The translations under genes and the position numbers were made by a program. The notes under the pieces are model-generated. The model was not told the origin of the DNA, ran no database searches, and saw only the letters and a list, made by a program, of their open reading frames with translations. From Octopus sinensis (taxonomy: Eukaryota): DNA of 64,000 nucleotides. Positions 12,250 through 24,724 of this stretch are shown here, piece by piece. The DNA is taken from assembly GCF_006345805.1 (NCBI RefSeq), contig NC_043010.1:36580001-36644000 (forward strand), read 5' to 3'. The stretch's first letter is position 1; each line of letters begins with the position of its first letter.

Positions 12250-13640
12250 GGGTTGTTGTTGTGGTGGTGGTGGTTGTAGTAGTGGTGGTGGTAGTGGTTG
12301 TTGTAGTGGTGGTGGTGGTCATGGTGGTAGTGGTGGTAGTGGTGGTACTGGTTATAGTAGTGGTAGTGGTGGTGGTTGTGGTGATGCTAGTGGTAGTGTG
12401 GTGGTGGTGGTGATGTAGTGGTGGTAGTGAAGGTAGTGGTGGTAATGGTGACAGTAGTGGTGGTGGTAGTGAAGGTAGTGGTGGTAATGGTGATAGTAGT
12501 AGTGGTGGTACTGGTTGTAGTAGTGGTAGTGGTGGAGGTGATGGTGGTGGTGGTGGTAGTGGTAATGGTTTTGGTGATAGTAGTGTTAATGATGGTAGTG
12601 ATGATAGTAGCAGTAGTGGTGGTGGGTGTTGTGGTAGTGTGGCGTTGTTGCGGTGATGTGACGGTTGTAGTAGTAGTGGTAGCTGAGGTGATGTGGTGAT
12701 GATAGCAGAGGTAGTGATGGCAGTAGTCATAGTGGTGGTGGTGGTGGTGGTGGTGGTGGTAGTGGCTTTGGGGGTGGAATGGTGGTGGCTTTGGTGGTGG
12801 AATGGTGGTAGCTTTGGTGGTGGAATGGTCGTGGTGGTAGTATTAGTGGTGTGATATCGCTGTTACTGTTGGTGATGTAGTTGGTGGTTAGGGTAGCGGT
12901 GATGTAGTGCTGTTGATGATGATGATGAATGTGGTGGTAGTGGTAGCTATGATGGTGCAGGTGGTAGTAGTAGGTATGTTATTGTTAGTGGTGGCGGCGA
13001 TGATACTAGCTGTAGTGGTGCGGTAGTGGTTGTTGCTGGCGGTGAAGGTGTTTCTGCTGCTTTTGGTGGCGGTGGTGGAAGTGGTAGTGGTGGTGGAGTT
13101 GGTGGTGGTGATGGCGGCGGCGGTGGTGGTTGTGGTGGTATTTGTGGTGGTGGTAGAAAGGAAGTGTTGGAGGTGGAGGTGGAGGAGGTGGTGGAGTTGA
13201 TGGTGCTGGTAGTGGAGGAGGAAGAGGTGGTTTTGATGGTGGTGGTGGGGGTAGTGGTGGTGGTGGTGTTGGTGATGGGTCTGGTTTCGGTGATGGTAGC
13301 GGTAGCGTTGGTGGTGATGGTATTGTTGTAGTACTCGTTGTTATTGTAGTTTGGGACAGTGGTGGTGGTGGTGGTGGTGGCGGTAGTGTCTGTAGATATG
13401 ACGGCAGCGTTGGTTATGATGATGGTCGCCGTGGTCCTGCCGATGCTGGTGGTTTTGAACGTGGCGTGTTGTTGTTTGTAGTCGTAGTGGTACTGGTGGT
13501 GGTGGTGGTGGCATTAGACTTGTTGTTATTGTTGTGGTTGTTGTTAGTGGTGGTGATAGTGAAAGTAGTGGCGGGAGACAACGGTGGTAATATTATTGTT
13601 CGTCCTGGTGGCGATGTCAGCGATGCCCCTCTTCAAACTA
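12250..13640 (+). repeat. Degenerate (GGT/AGT)n trinucleotide tract
   Basis: Direct reading; includes small higher-order units such as a 24-mer x3 at ~12762-12830. Confidence 0.95.
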
Positions 13641-13641
13641 C

Positions 13642-13679
<38 letters not shown>

Positions 13680-13781
13680 CAGCAGCAGCAGAAGTGATAG
13701 TAGTAGTAGTTGTAGTAGTAGTAGTAGTAGTAGTAGTAGTAATAGTAGTAGTAGTAGCAGCAGCAGTAATAGTAGTAGTTA

Positions 13782-13823
<42 letters not shown>

Positions 13824-13890
13824 CAGCAGCAGCAGTAGTAGTAGTAGTAGTAGTAGTAGCAGCAGCAGCAGCAGTAGTAGTAGCAGCAGC

Positions 13891-13922
<32 letters not shown>

Positions 13923-13950
13923 CAGCAGTAGTAGTAGCAGCAGTAGCAGC

Positions 13951-13990
<40 letters not shown>

Positions 13991-14040
13991 CAGTAGTAGT
14001 AGTAGTAGTAGTAGTTACAGTAGTAGTAGTAGTAGTAGTG
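13640..14040 (+). repeat. (AGT)n/(AGC)n microsatellite
   Basis: Direct reading. Confidence 0.95.
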
Positions 14041-14329
14041 GTGGTTGGATGAGAAGAAGCCGTTGTATGGGTTAATTGCAAATGCTACTGTTGATGACGA
14101 CGACGACTACGATTATGATCATGACTGATGATAATGATGATCAGAATGTTGTTTAAACCTCAGATCTATGACCGAAAGGGGTTTCAACAATAAACGTCAC
14201 ATCTTATGCATATCATTACTAAATGCGCCTTCGTGTTTTTCAAGAGAATACAGTGGTTGTCGTCATTGTAGGATATTTGAATGCTATTTCTAGCATTTCA
14301 AACGACCACATGCAGGCTCCCCGTCGTAT

Positions 14330-14640
14330 AGTGGTTTTGTCTCTAATAATATTATATAATATTTTACTATAAAATTGGATTTAATCCTAAATCTGATTTT
14401 TTTCCCTGTAAATTTGGATTTATTCCCTAATATTTATTATATATATATATATATCGATTTTTTTGCCTCTGTCTTCCCTTCTCTGGATCTTTCCTTTTCC
14501 TATGTTTCTGACGAAGAGCTCCGCTCGAAACGTAAAACCCTCCTTCTTCCCTTCCTTCCTGAGCGTCCAATAATACTATAATTGTTCCACGTCCTCGCGT
14601 TGTTGTGTTTTCTCTTTGTGTTTTCATGTTTGGACTAACT
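14330..14640 (+). mobile_element. Penelope-like terminal-repeat (pLTR-like) non-autonomous element carrying a hammerhead motif
   Basis: Homologous to 17540-17745 (+) and 39290-39480 (-); its upstream AT-rich module recurs reversed at 32536-32652. Confidence 0.6.
14504..14538 (+). ncRNA. Minimal type I hammerhead ribozyme motif
   Basis: GTTT-CTGACGA-A-GAGC(TCC)GCTC-GAA-AC-GT-A-AAAC: intact core, helix II GAGC/GCTC, helix I GTTT/AAAC, loopless palindromic helix III (ACGT), predicted cleavage after GUA (14534). Confidence 0.75.
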
Positions 14641-14657
14641 ATATATATATATAATAT

Positions 14658-14713
<56 letters not shown>

Positions 14714-14879
14714 TATATATATCACTCGAAACATCGATGTCTGGGACTCCTGATAGATGGTGTGACTGAACAAACCGAGGGTTTTCAGACATTTTCTCAA
14801 CGGTAACTGCAGTGAATTTGCCGTTTAACAGTTGAAATATATCACAAACATGTTTTAACTAACCTAAATTTAGCATATA

Positions 14880-15165
14880 CGTGAAGGCGCATGGCTAAGT
14901 GGTTGCATTCATGATTGCGAGATCGTGGGTTCCATTCCCAGACCGGGCGTTGCGTTGCGTTATGTTCTTGAGTAAAGCACTTCTTTTCACGTTTCTCTAC
15001 TATCTCATTTCGACATCTGCCATGTGGCACCCAGTTGCACCTGTACAGATAACGTCGACTTGATGGAGGGAGTGAGCCATTTAATCACTATAAGTAAATC
15101 ATCTGTGTTGTTGTCCCGTAAGGAATTGTCGAATCCTCATACATCGTCTAACGACGGGAGAGTCC
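14880..15165 (+). mobile_element. SINE family D (tRNA head)
   Basis: gaaggcgcatggctaagtgg..gggttccattcccagaccgggcg..gttcttgagtaaagcactt; matches other family D copies. Confidence 0.75.
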
Positions 15166-15419
15166 ATTATATATATATATATTGCACACACACATACACC
15201 TTTTTGCATCCAGGCAGCCTCCCCCCTCTTTTCTGCTTTCCGGTTTTGGCTGATGGATCCTCGGTTCCCGCGTAGCGGGGCGTTCGAGAGCCTTTGCGCT
15301 CGCGCGCCTTGGCGCGCGCTGGGGGCTTGGTCGGCCCCTTGGGCTTGCGTTTGTACTGCTTGCGCGTTGTGTGCGTGAGCGCGCTTCATGTGTGTGGGCT
15401 TGCTTCGGTGCCGCGTGCG

Positions 15420-16870
15420 TATGTATGCATACATACCCACACACTCGCATGCATCCCTACCCACATACATACACGCACACCTACTCACACACACACATAC
15501 ACCACACACACACCATACCCGCACACACACATACATACATACACCACATACCTACTTCAGACATACACACACACAGACATACACCCACACTCACACTCAC
15601 ACACTCACACGCATACACACACACACATACACACGCACACGTACACATACACACACACACACACCTACACAGCCATACCCTCACTCAGACACACACACCT
15701 ACCTACACACACACACAACACACACAGACACACACCCATACATACATACATCTACACACACCGCCTACACACATACATACACACATACATAACACACACA
15801 CATACACATACACACACATACGCACACACACATATACTTATACACATGCATACCACACACATACATACATACACCCATACACATACACACACACATACCT
15901 ACATACTCCTATACGCACATATATACACACAGACATACACACATCACCACTCACACAAACATACACACACACATACTACACACACACTCACCTGCACGCG
16001 CACACACATGCATGACAAACACCCATACACTCACACTCACATACGCACACACCAACATAAACACGCACACGCACACACACACACCTACACTCCCACACAC
16101 ATAACACGCACCTACATACACACACGCACGCATACACACGCACACACACACGCATACACACATACATTACACAACACACACCTACATACACATGCATACA
16201 CACACACACACAACATGCCGGACACACCGACATACATACATACACCTATATACACACGCCCACACACCTACATACCACACATATACACACGCCCACAACC
16301 TACATACACACACATACATACACACATACACGGACACACCATACATACTTACATACATACACCTATACACACACGCCTACACACCTACATACACACACAT
16401 GCATACACACACACACATGTACGCACATACACACACATATACGCACATACATATATACCCACAACACATGCACACACACACACATACGCACATGCATGCA
16501 TGCATGCACACGCGCACACCTACACGCATACACACACACACGCACGTACACAATACATACAACACACACACATACATACACCCATACACATACATGCATC
16601 CTACACACCATACATACACACTCACACATACATACACACACACACTCACACACACACCTGTATGTACGCGCACACACATGCACATACACACACTTCCACA
16701 CCCCCCACGTACATACATACACACTCATACACATACACACACACACACCACAACGGACATACATTTATGCACACACATATATACACACATACTCACATAC
16801 ATTTCATCGGACACACTGACACCCAGACATACACACAGACACACTCACACATCACACACCATACACACTT
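15420..16870. repeat. Highly degenerate CA/TA-rich low-complexity tract
   Basis: Direct reading; this tract produces the spurious 661-aa His/Thr ORF. Confidence 0.95.
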
Positions 16871-17613
16871 ACGCGCATACTCGCAGGCGCGCGCACACAC
16901 GCGCTTGCGCCGGTTCGCGCACGCATACGCGCCGCATGCACCTCGCTCTTGGACCCGACGAGACCTCCCGCTCGTTCCTGGGACCGTCGCTTGTCGTTGG
17001 GTTTCCCACCCCGTCTCCGCGGGACCACTCTTCCATCTTCCCCTCAGCTGGAATCCTTTTTCCTTAACCCCCCTTTTTTGTTACACACACCGCGCACACA
17101 TATACACACATTGCTTAAATTATACATTACTCTTACACACAATCAATCTACTCGCCATTAATACTACCACGACACTGGACACACACACACACTACTACTC
17201 AACACACGCTGGCACGCTACATACGCCCCCACCCCTTCCCCTCCCTCCCTTCCTCCTTCCTTCTTTTTCTTACTACTGACCAGTGTCTGCTATGCCTACC
17301 ACTGTCTCGCCCTACCTCACACGCCTACACACAGACGCACACACTAACACATACATATATTTTTTTTGTTTTTTATCTCTCGCCTCACACACACACATAC
17401 ACACACGCACACGCGCACACTCACACATACACACACATCTGTTGCGTTACCAACCTTGTCTCCACTCTTTTGCCTTTAAAACCTACTTTGCTCTTGTTAT
17501 CGTAAACTCGTCCTTCCGCCTTTCACCATGTGTACTCGTAAACACCAGTCGTTTTTTTCTCTATCCCTGTTGCCCGCTTTGGGATCTTTCTTTCCTCTCT
17601 CTTCCTTCTTTAT

Positions 17614-17647
17614 GTTTCCGACGAGAGCTCCGCTCGAAACGTCATAC
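17614..17647 (+). ncRNA. Hammerhead motif copy (U4C core variant)
   Basis: GTTT-CCGACGA-GAGC(TCC)GCTC-GAAAC-GTC-ATAC inside a noisy copy (17540-17745) of the 14330-14640 element. Confidence 0.5.
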
Positions 17648-17741
17648 CCTCCTGCTTCCATTTCCTGAACGCCTATTAATAATAATACTGTAATTGTTCC
17701 ATTGTTGTTGTTTTTTTGTTTTTTCCCTTCCCGTTTGGATT

Positions 17742-17789
<48 letters not shown>

Positions 17790-17792
<3 letters not shown>

Positions 17793-18180
17793 GAGGCGCA
17801 ATGGCCCCGTGGTTAGGGCAATGGACTCACGGTCGTAGGATCATCACGGTTTCGATTTCCAGACCGAGCCTTGTCATTGTTTATTGAGCGAAAACACCTA
17901 AAGCTCCACGAGGCTTCTACAGGGTGGTGGCGAACCCTGCTGTACTCTATCACGTTTCACCACAACTTTCTCTCACACTCTTTCTTCCTGTTTCTGCTGT
18001 ACCTGTATTTCGAAGGGCCAGCCTTGTCACACTTTGTGTCACGCTGAATCTCCCTGAGAACTACATTAAGGGTACACGTGTCTGTGGAGTGCTCAGCTAC
18101 TTGCGCGTTAATTTCACGAGCAAGCTGTTCCGTTGATCATATCAAATGGAACCCTCGTCGTCGCAACCGACGAAGTGCCA
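17790..18180 (+). mobile_element. SINE family C, full length
   Basis: tRNA head gtggaggcgcaatggcc.., body aagggtacacgtgtctgtggagtgctcagc, 3' end ccctcgtcgtcgcaaccgacgaagtgcc. Confidence 0.92.
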
Positions 18181-18827
18181 CTAGACAGACAGACAGACAG
18201 ACACAGACAGACAGATACACAGACAGATACACAGACAGACAGACAGACAGACAGAGACAGACAGATACACAGACAGAGACAGACAGATACACAGACAGAT
18301 ACAGACAGACAGACAGACAGACAAAGACAGACAGACAGATACAGACAGATACACATAGATACCGACAGATAGATACAGACAGAGAGATACAGACAGATAG
18401 ATACAGATAGATACAGACAGGCAGGCAGACAGACAGACAGAGACAAACAGACAGATACAGACAGACAGGTACAGACAGACAAATACAGACAGACAGGCAG
18501 AGACAAACAGACAGAGACAGACAGACAGAGACAGACAGACAGATACAGACAGACAGTGACAGACAGACAGAGACAGACAGAGACAGACAGACAGACAGAG
18601 ACAGACAGACAGATACAGACAGACAGATACAGACAGACAGAGACAGACAGATACAGACAGACAGCTACAGACAGATACAGAGACAGACAGACAGAGACTG
18701 AGACAGACAGACCGAGACAGAGACAGAGACACACAGACAAACAAACAGACAGATACAAACAGACAGAGACAGAAAAAGACAGACAGACAGACAGACAGAG
18801 ACAGACAGACACACACACACACACAAA
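18181..18827. repeat. (GACA)n/(GATA)n compound satellite
   Basis: Direct reading; starts immediately at the SINE C 3' end. Confidence 0.95.
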
Positions 18828-19022
18828 CAAAATATAAATTTATATCTTGAGTGACAACAACGCTCAAGATATACAACCGACTGGAAATAGAAGTGCTCTA
18901 ATGAGCTGTATACACTTTTTTATCCAAGGAGAGGCATGCGAGCAACAACACCACAGGAACATCAGAAAATCCACAGAATGACCAAACACATACAAATCTT
19001 CATATACATACATATATATATA

Positions 19023-19066
<44 letters not shown>

Positions 19067-19111
19067 ATATACATTATATATACATACATTCATACATACA
19101 TGCATACATAC

Positions 19112-19179
<68 letters not shown>

Positions 19180-19244
19180 CACACATCATATAATATATAT
19201 ATACATACATTCATACATACATGCATACATACATACATACATAC

Positions 19245-19325
<81 letters not shown>

Positions 19326-19342
19326 TATTTATTTATATAGTG

Positions 19343-19490
19343 GCACTTGTCGGTTGCGACGACGAGGGTTCCATTTGATCCGATCAACGGAACAGATTGA
19401 TCGTGAAATTAACATGCAAGTAGCTGAGCACTCCACAGACACGTGTACCCTTAATGTGGTTCTCAGATGAGACTCAGCGTGACACAGAGT
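19343..19490 (-). mobile_element. SINE family C, 3' fragment
   Basis: Reverse complement of 18040-18180. Confidence 0.85.
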
Positions 19491-19564
19491 GTTTTGGTTT
19501 TGGTTCCGGTTAATGGAAGATTACAGAGTGTTGCTGTACTTATTGAGTATATTTTTCACACATT

Positions 19565-19760
19565 TATTAAGGCAGTGAGCTGTCAGAATCGCGATCATGC
19601 CAGGAAAAATGCTTATCGGCATTCGTCTATACTTCCTGGTAGACTTTACCTTTTCTCCTTTCGAGGTCGATAAAATAAGTACCAGTTGAACACTGGAGTC
19701 GTTGTAATCGACTTATTCCTTTCATTGACTTTTCAGGACTTGAACCTATAACAGAAAGGA
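19565..19760 (+). mobile_element. Degenerate SINE family B
   Basis: gtgagctgtcagaatc..ggtcgataaaataagtaccagttgaacactgg. Confidence 0.65.
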
Positions 19761-20716
19761 ATATTTTTTAAATATTTATAATTCAAAATGGCCGCCCTTT
19801 GCTTTCACCGTAGCCATTTTAACTGAAATGCATGACTTACGTTGAAATAATAGGTACATGTCTATACCCCATTCGGTAATGTGGAGTAATGTAATTTAAT
19901 GTACTATATTCAAGAGCGTATTATAATATGATGCAGTATTCTATTGTGAAAGGTTATACATTGGTAAGATGTACAAGGCGCAATGTTGTGGTGTAATAAG
20001 TTATTTTGAAAGATTCCAATGTATTTTAAACGAGGTTGTACATCAAAGTTCCCGGATTCAGCCCCTATGAAAGAGCATTCGAGGACTTCCAATAAATAAA
20101 GTATCTTACACTATACTCTGTATGTCTCAAAGAGATGCTTCTTCGAAGACAAGGTTGCGCCAATCTAATATATAAATAAATACATTATTTACTGGGATAA
20201 TATAGGTGCCAGCATAGTTATAAGAAACTCGCTTTGCAACCAGCAGGTTTAGGGCTCAGTTCCACATCGTGGGGAATGTTTTCTAATATAGCTCCTCCCC
20301 TGGGCGGGTCAATGCCTTGTAATTGAATTTAGTAGACGGAAATAATATGGAATCTTATCGTAATTATATACTTATAAACTTGTTTGTGTATGCGCGTATC
20401 TGTGTGTATGTATGTGTGTATCTGTGTGTATGTGTGCATCTGTGTGTGTATGTGTGCATCTGTGTGGGTGTATGTGTGCATCTGTGTATGCATGTGTGTA
20501 TCTACGCGCGCGTGTGTGTGTATGCAGCTACAGATGTAATAGGTTGAATCATCGTCAGCGTTGACAAACGGTGCATAAGACAAATGTTTGAGGAAAAGTA
20601 TTTTCCTGTTCTTTTCGTTATCGTAGGAAACCAACTCAGGAAGAGTAAAAGTCAGGTGAAGCGGCATGCGCCATTACAGCGCGCTGCAACATCCATCATT
20701 TGGAGGTAGTTGCTTT

Positions 20717-20975
20717 GTGGAGGTGCGTGGCTTAGTTGTTAGAGCGTTGGAATCATGAACGTAAGATTGTGGTTTCGATTCCTGGACCGGGCGACGCGTT
20801 GTGTACTGAAGCAAAACACTTCATTTCACATTGTTCCAGTCTAATCAGCTACAAAAACGAGTAATCCTGTGCAACGGACCGACGTCCTATCCAGGATGTG
20901 GGATGCGGATTTTTGTGCCACGGAAGTCGGGAAACCGGTCCTATGAGCCTATATGACTTGGGTAGAAGCTTTATC
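20717..20975 (+). mobile_element. SINE family D
   Basis: gtggaggtgcgtggcttagt..ggtttcgattcctggaccgggcgacgcg..gcaaaacacttcatttcac. Confidence 0.85.
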
Positions 20976-20999
20976 CTTTATCCTTATCGTCCCTGGAAA

Positions 21000-21335
21000 C
21001 ACTCTGAGCAGTACCCCAGTCATTCCCCTTTTATGTGAAAAACTTCTTCATCCACCGTTACTATGTAACTTGTGGCCGACCAACACCAGCTGCCACCCCT
21101 AGCCAGATCCTCAGAGAAGAGAACACGATACGTAAAATGATCGAAATTCGAAAATAGAGCAACATGACCAAACAGTCTGAGCTGACGTTCCCGAATCATA
21201 CACATAAGAGGAAGCACCTCAATTTCTGATTATTTATGCTTGGTCGGGTACGAAATCTGACCAATAGTAACCCATAATCTCGCGAAGTGTCCTGGTGCCG
21301 AAGGAGTCCAGGCGACTCCTAAGCGCCAAGGACAT
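21000..21335 (-). mobile_element. RTE-clade LINE RT C-terminal fragment
   Basis: LRSRLDSFGTRTLREIMGYYWSDFV.. and MIRERQLRLFGHVA across a frameshift. Confidence 0.8.
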
Positions 21336-22621
21336 TGTTCAAGTCACGCAACTACAGAGTAAGACATAGAAGACTAAATATCTGGAGACCCAACCCTTCG
21401 TCTTCCGACGTGGATATCGACAGCACCAAAACCTCTTGTCTAACGAGTCCACAACTCATAATTCTCTACGAAGTGACCTGTTACCAAAGAAGTTCGAGTA
21501 ACTCCTATGGACCCAGGCAACTATAGACTAAGAATGGAAGACTAGGGGTCCTTAGACCCAACTGTTCGTCCTCCTGCTCAGACATCAGCGGCCCCAAAAC
21601 CCCTTGTCCAGTGAATCCACAACTACACTAACACGTCCAACAACAGTAAAGAATTATATATATTAAATGATTATTCCTTATCACCTACAGGTAACTACAG
21701 GTAACAGTGGTCGAATCCATAACATCCAGTGGTGTCTACTCACAGTCAGGCACTCTGAAGTTTTTGACAGTTAAATAATCTGAGATTCAAACAAAATAGT
21801 TCTAATGGTTAGATTCGAACAGCCGAGTGTCCAGTAGCACCGACGACAAAGTCTTCCTCAAGAAACCGTGAAGTTAATCCAACATAACAATATTTCTATA
21901 CAGCATGAATGGTTTGTATCTTTTAACGGAGTTTAATTCTTCCGTGGAGTACAGCAGAAAGGTAGGAACACAGACATTCTGATAATGATGCTGTTAAAAT
22001 TGCCATATTTATGGCTAGCAATGTTTTTATTGTTGTGGTTATTGTGTGTTCTTGGTCAGATTATTTTACTTTCTAACTGTATTTGTGAAACACACACACA
22101 TACACACACACACTCATACACACACATATACACACACACACATGCAGACACACGTGTGGTGTGTGTATGTATACACATACATATGTGTATTAAATACTTG
22201 ACCTTCGCCTGCGCTTCACAGAAGAAATTTATTAGTGCAGACGCTCTCAGGCTCTCAGACGACAAAGGTTATTCATATATATATAGGTGGGTGAGGGGGC
22301 GTGTGTGTGGGCGTATGTATATGTGTGTATGTATGTGAGTGTGTGTGTGTGTATGTATGTACATGTGTATGTATATGTATACATATATGCATATACGTAC
22401 ACATACAAACATATGTCTATACACACACATATTCACTTATATACATACACGCATATATTGTACTTGCGTATGTGTGTAAATGTGCGTGTGTGTGTGTGTG
22501 TGTGTGTATGTGTAACGTGATTGCAGACATTGGTTACTTTGGAATCCACACTACCTAATCGACATAGATACGAACACACGAAGACACACACATACACTTC
22601 AGTATCTGTCTGTCTATCTAT

Positions 22622-22680
<59 letters not shown>

Positions 22681-22724
22681 CCTATCTATCTATCTACCTA
22701 TCTATCACTCTCTCTATCTCTCTA

Positions 22725-22807
<83 letters not shown>

Positions 22808-23164
22808 TACTCACACACATACATGTATATATATATATACATATATATGCGTGTATGTATGTGTGTGTGTGTGTGTGTGTGTCTCTGTGTGTGTGTGTGT
22901 GTGTGTGTGCGTACATTGCAAATATGTTCTGTACACCGTTTTGTACTCTGACCAAACAACTTGCGTCATGTGGTTGCCATCTGCAAAGACTTTCTCTTTC
23001 CATAGCAGCTGGTGTCTGTATGAAACCGGAATACAGCACGTGACAATTAATCTCAACACTAACCTAACCAAGGTGCCTCACCTGTACGGTGTTGCTCAGG
23101 CTGTCAGAAATAGCAGCAAAATCCTAAAATCTCACGTTAATGTCTTTAGTATTGCAGTGAATTC

Positions 23165-23570
23165 CTTAAGGCGGAGAGCTGGCAGAATCATTGTCGTGCT
23201 TGCCGAAACTTCCTACGTCTCAACGTTCTACGTTCGAATTCGACCGAAGTCGAATTTACTATTTATTCTTTCGGGGCCGATAAAATAAGTATCAGATGAA
23301 CTCCAGAGACGAGCTCAACTGGTACTGAATCGACTTAATCCATTTTCCTTAAAATTGCTGGCCTTGCGCCAAAATTTAAATGTGGCGAGCTGGCAGAATT
23401 GTTAGCACGCCAGGAAACTGCTTAGCGGCGTTTTGTCCGTCTTTGCCGAGGTCGACTTCATCTTTTATCCTTCTGGGGTTGATAAAATAAATAACAGTTG
23501 AACACTGGGATCGATATGATCCACTAGCCCCCTTCCCCGAAATTGCTAGCCCTGTGCCAAAAATTGAAAC
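23165..23570 (+). mobile_element. Two degenerate SINE family B copies
   Basis: aaggcggagagctggcagaatc.. and ggcgagctggcagaattgttagcacgcc.. Confidence 0.75.
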
Positions 23571-23684
23571 TAATATTGCTGGAATTACGATCTCCATAAA
23601 TAAGTACATGTGAAATAATCCAGTGGTTTCGTTCGTTGTACTGCTATCTGGTCACCCAATGTGCTAGAAATAGAAGTCAAATTG

Positions 23685-24362
23685 AACTCTGAACGTAACG
23701 GCAGACGAAATACCTATTTCTTTACTACCCACAAGGGGCTAAACACAGAGGGGAAAAACAAGGACAGACAAACGGATTAAGTCGATTATATCGACCCCAG
23801 TGCATAACTGGTACTTATTTAATCGACCCCGTAAGGATGAAAGGCAAAGTCGACCTCGGCGGAATTTGAACTCAGAACGTCATGGCAGACAAAATACGGC
23901 TAGGCATTCCGCCCGGCGTGCTAACGTTTCTGCCAGCTTCCCTGGCACAGGAAATACCTATTTCTTTATTACCGACAAGGGGCTAAACACAGAGGGGACA
24001 AACAAGGACAGACATAGGTATTAAGTCGATTACATCGACCACAGTGCGTAACTGGTACTTAATTTATCGACCCCGAAAGGATGAAAGGCAAAGTCGACCT
24101 CGGCGGAATTTGAACTCACAACGTAACGCAGACGAAATACCTATTTCTTTATTACCCACAAGGGGCTAAACACAGAGGGGACAAACAAGAACAGACTAGG
24201 TATTAAGTCGATTACATCGACCACGTGCGTAACTGGTACTTAATTTATCGACCCCCCGAGGATGAAAGGCAAAGTCGACCTCGGCGGAATTTGAACTCAC
24301 AACGTAACGCAGACGAAATACCGCTAAGCATTTCGCCCGGCGTGCTAACGTTTCTGCCAGCT
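23685..24362 (-). mobile_element. Tandem array of SINE family B units (~183 bp period)
   Basis: Repeated tail-to-head junction gaaatacctatttcttt at ~23713, ~23957 and ~24140. Confidence 0.9.
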
Positions 24363-24724
24363 AGCAATGACCATGACAACAATATTCTAGTGGAATTCGG
24401 CGTTTATAGTGGGATATCCTGGTGCGACTGGGTGTGTTGTAATAAGTTTGATGACTTCCGATAAAGCTAGACGTCGATGTCTCAGCTGGAGACGAACTGG
24501 GCGGAGTTCAATACTACGGACACATTCGAAAAGTGGCGAATTGCGACGGAAAGGCAAAAAGTGGATGGTTTTAGTGTGTTTATTTATAATGGCTTATAAA
24601 GGACTTTTACGTTCAAAGTTCAAATGCCTTTTGAGTCAACTTTGACCTTCACCCTTTCAGCGTCGATAAAATAATTATGAACTGAGCACTGGGATCAATG
24701 TAGTCGTCTAGCTCCTTCCCACAA

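Noticed and set aside
15294-17279. 661-aa ORF and other long HT/YI/CV/poly-V/poly-L ORFs in the track (e.g. 3553-4719, 13466-13996, 18114-18830)
   Set aside because: They are translations of stop-free microsatellites, with no domain content or credible gene structure.
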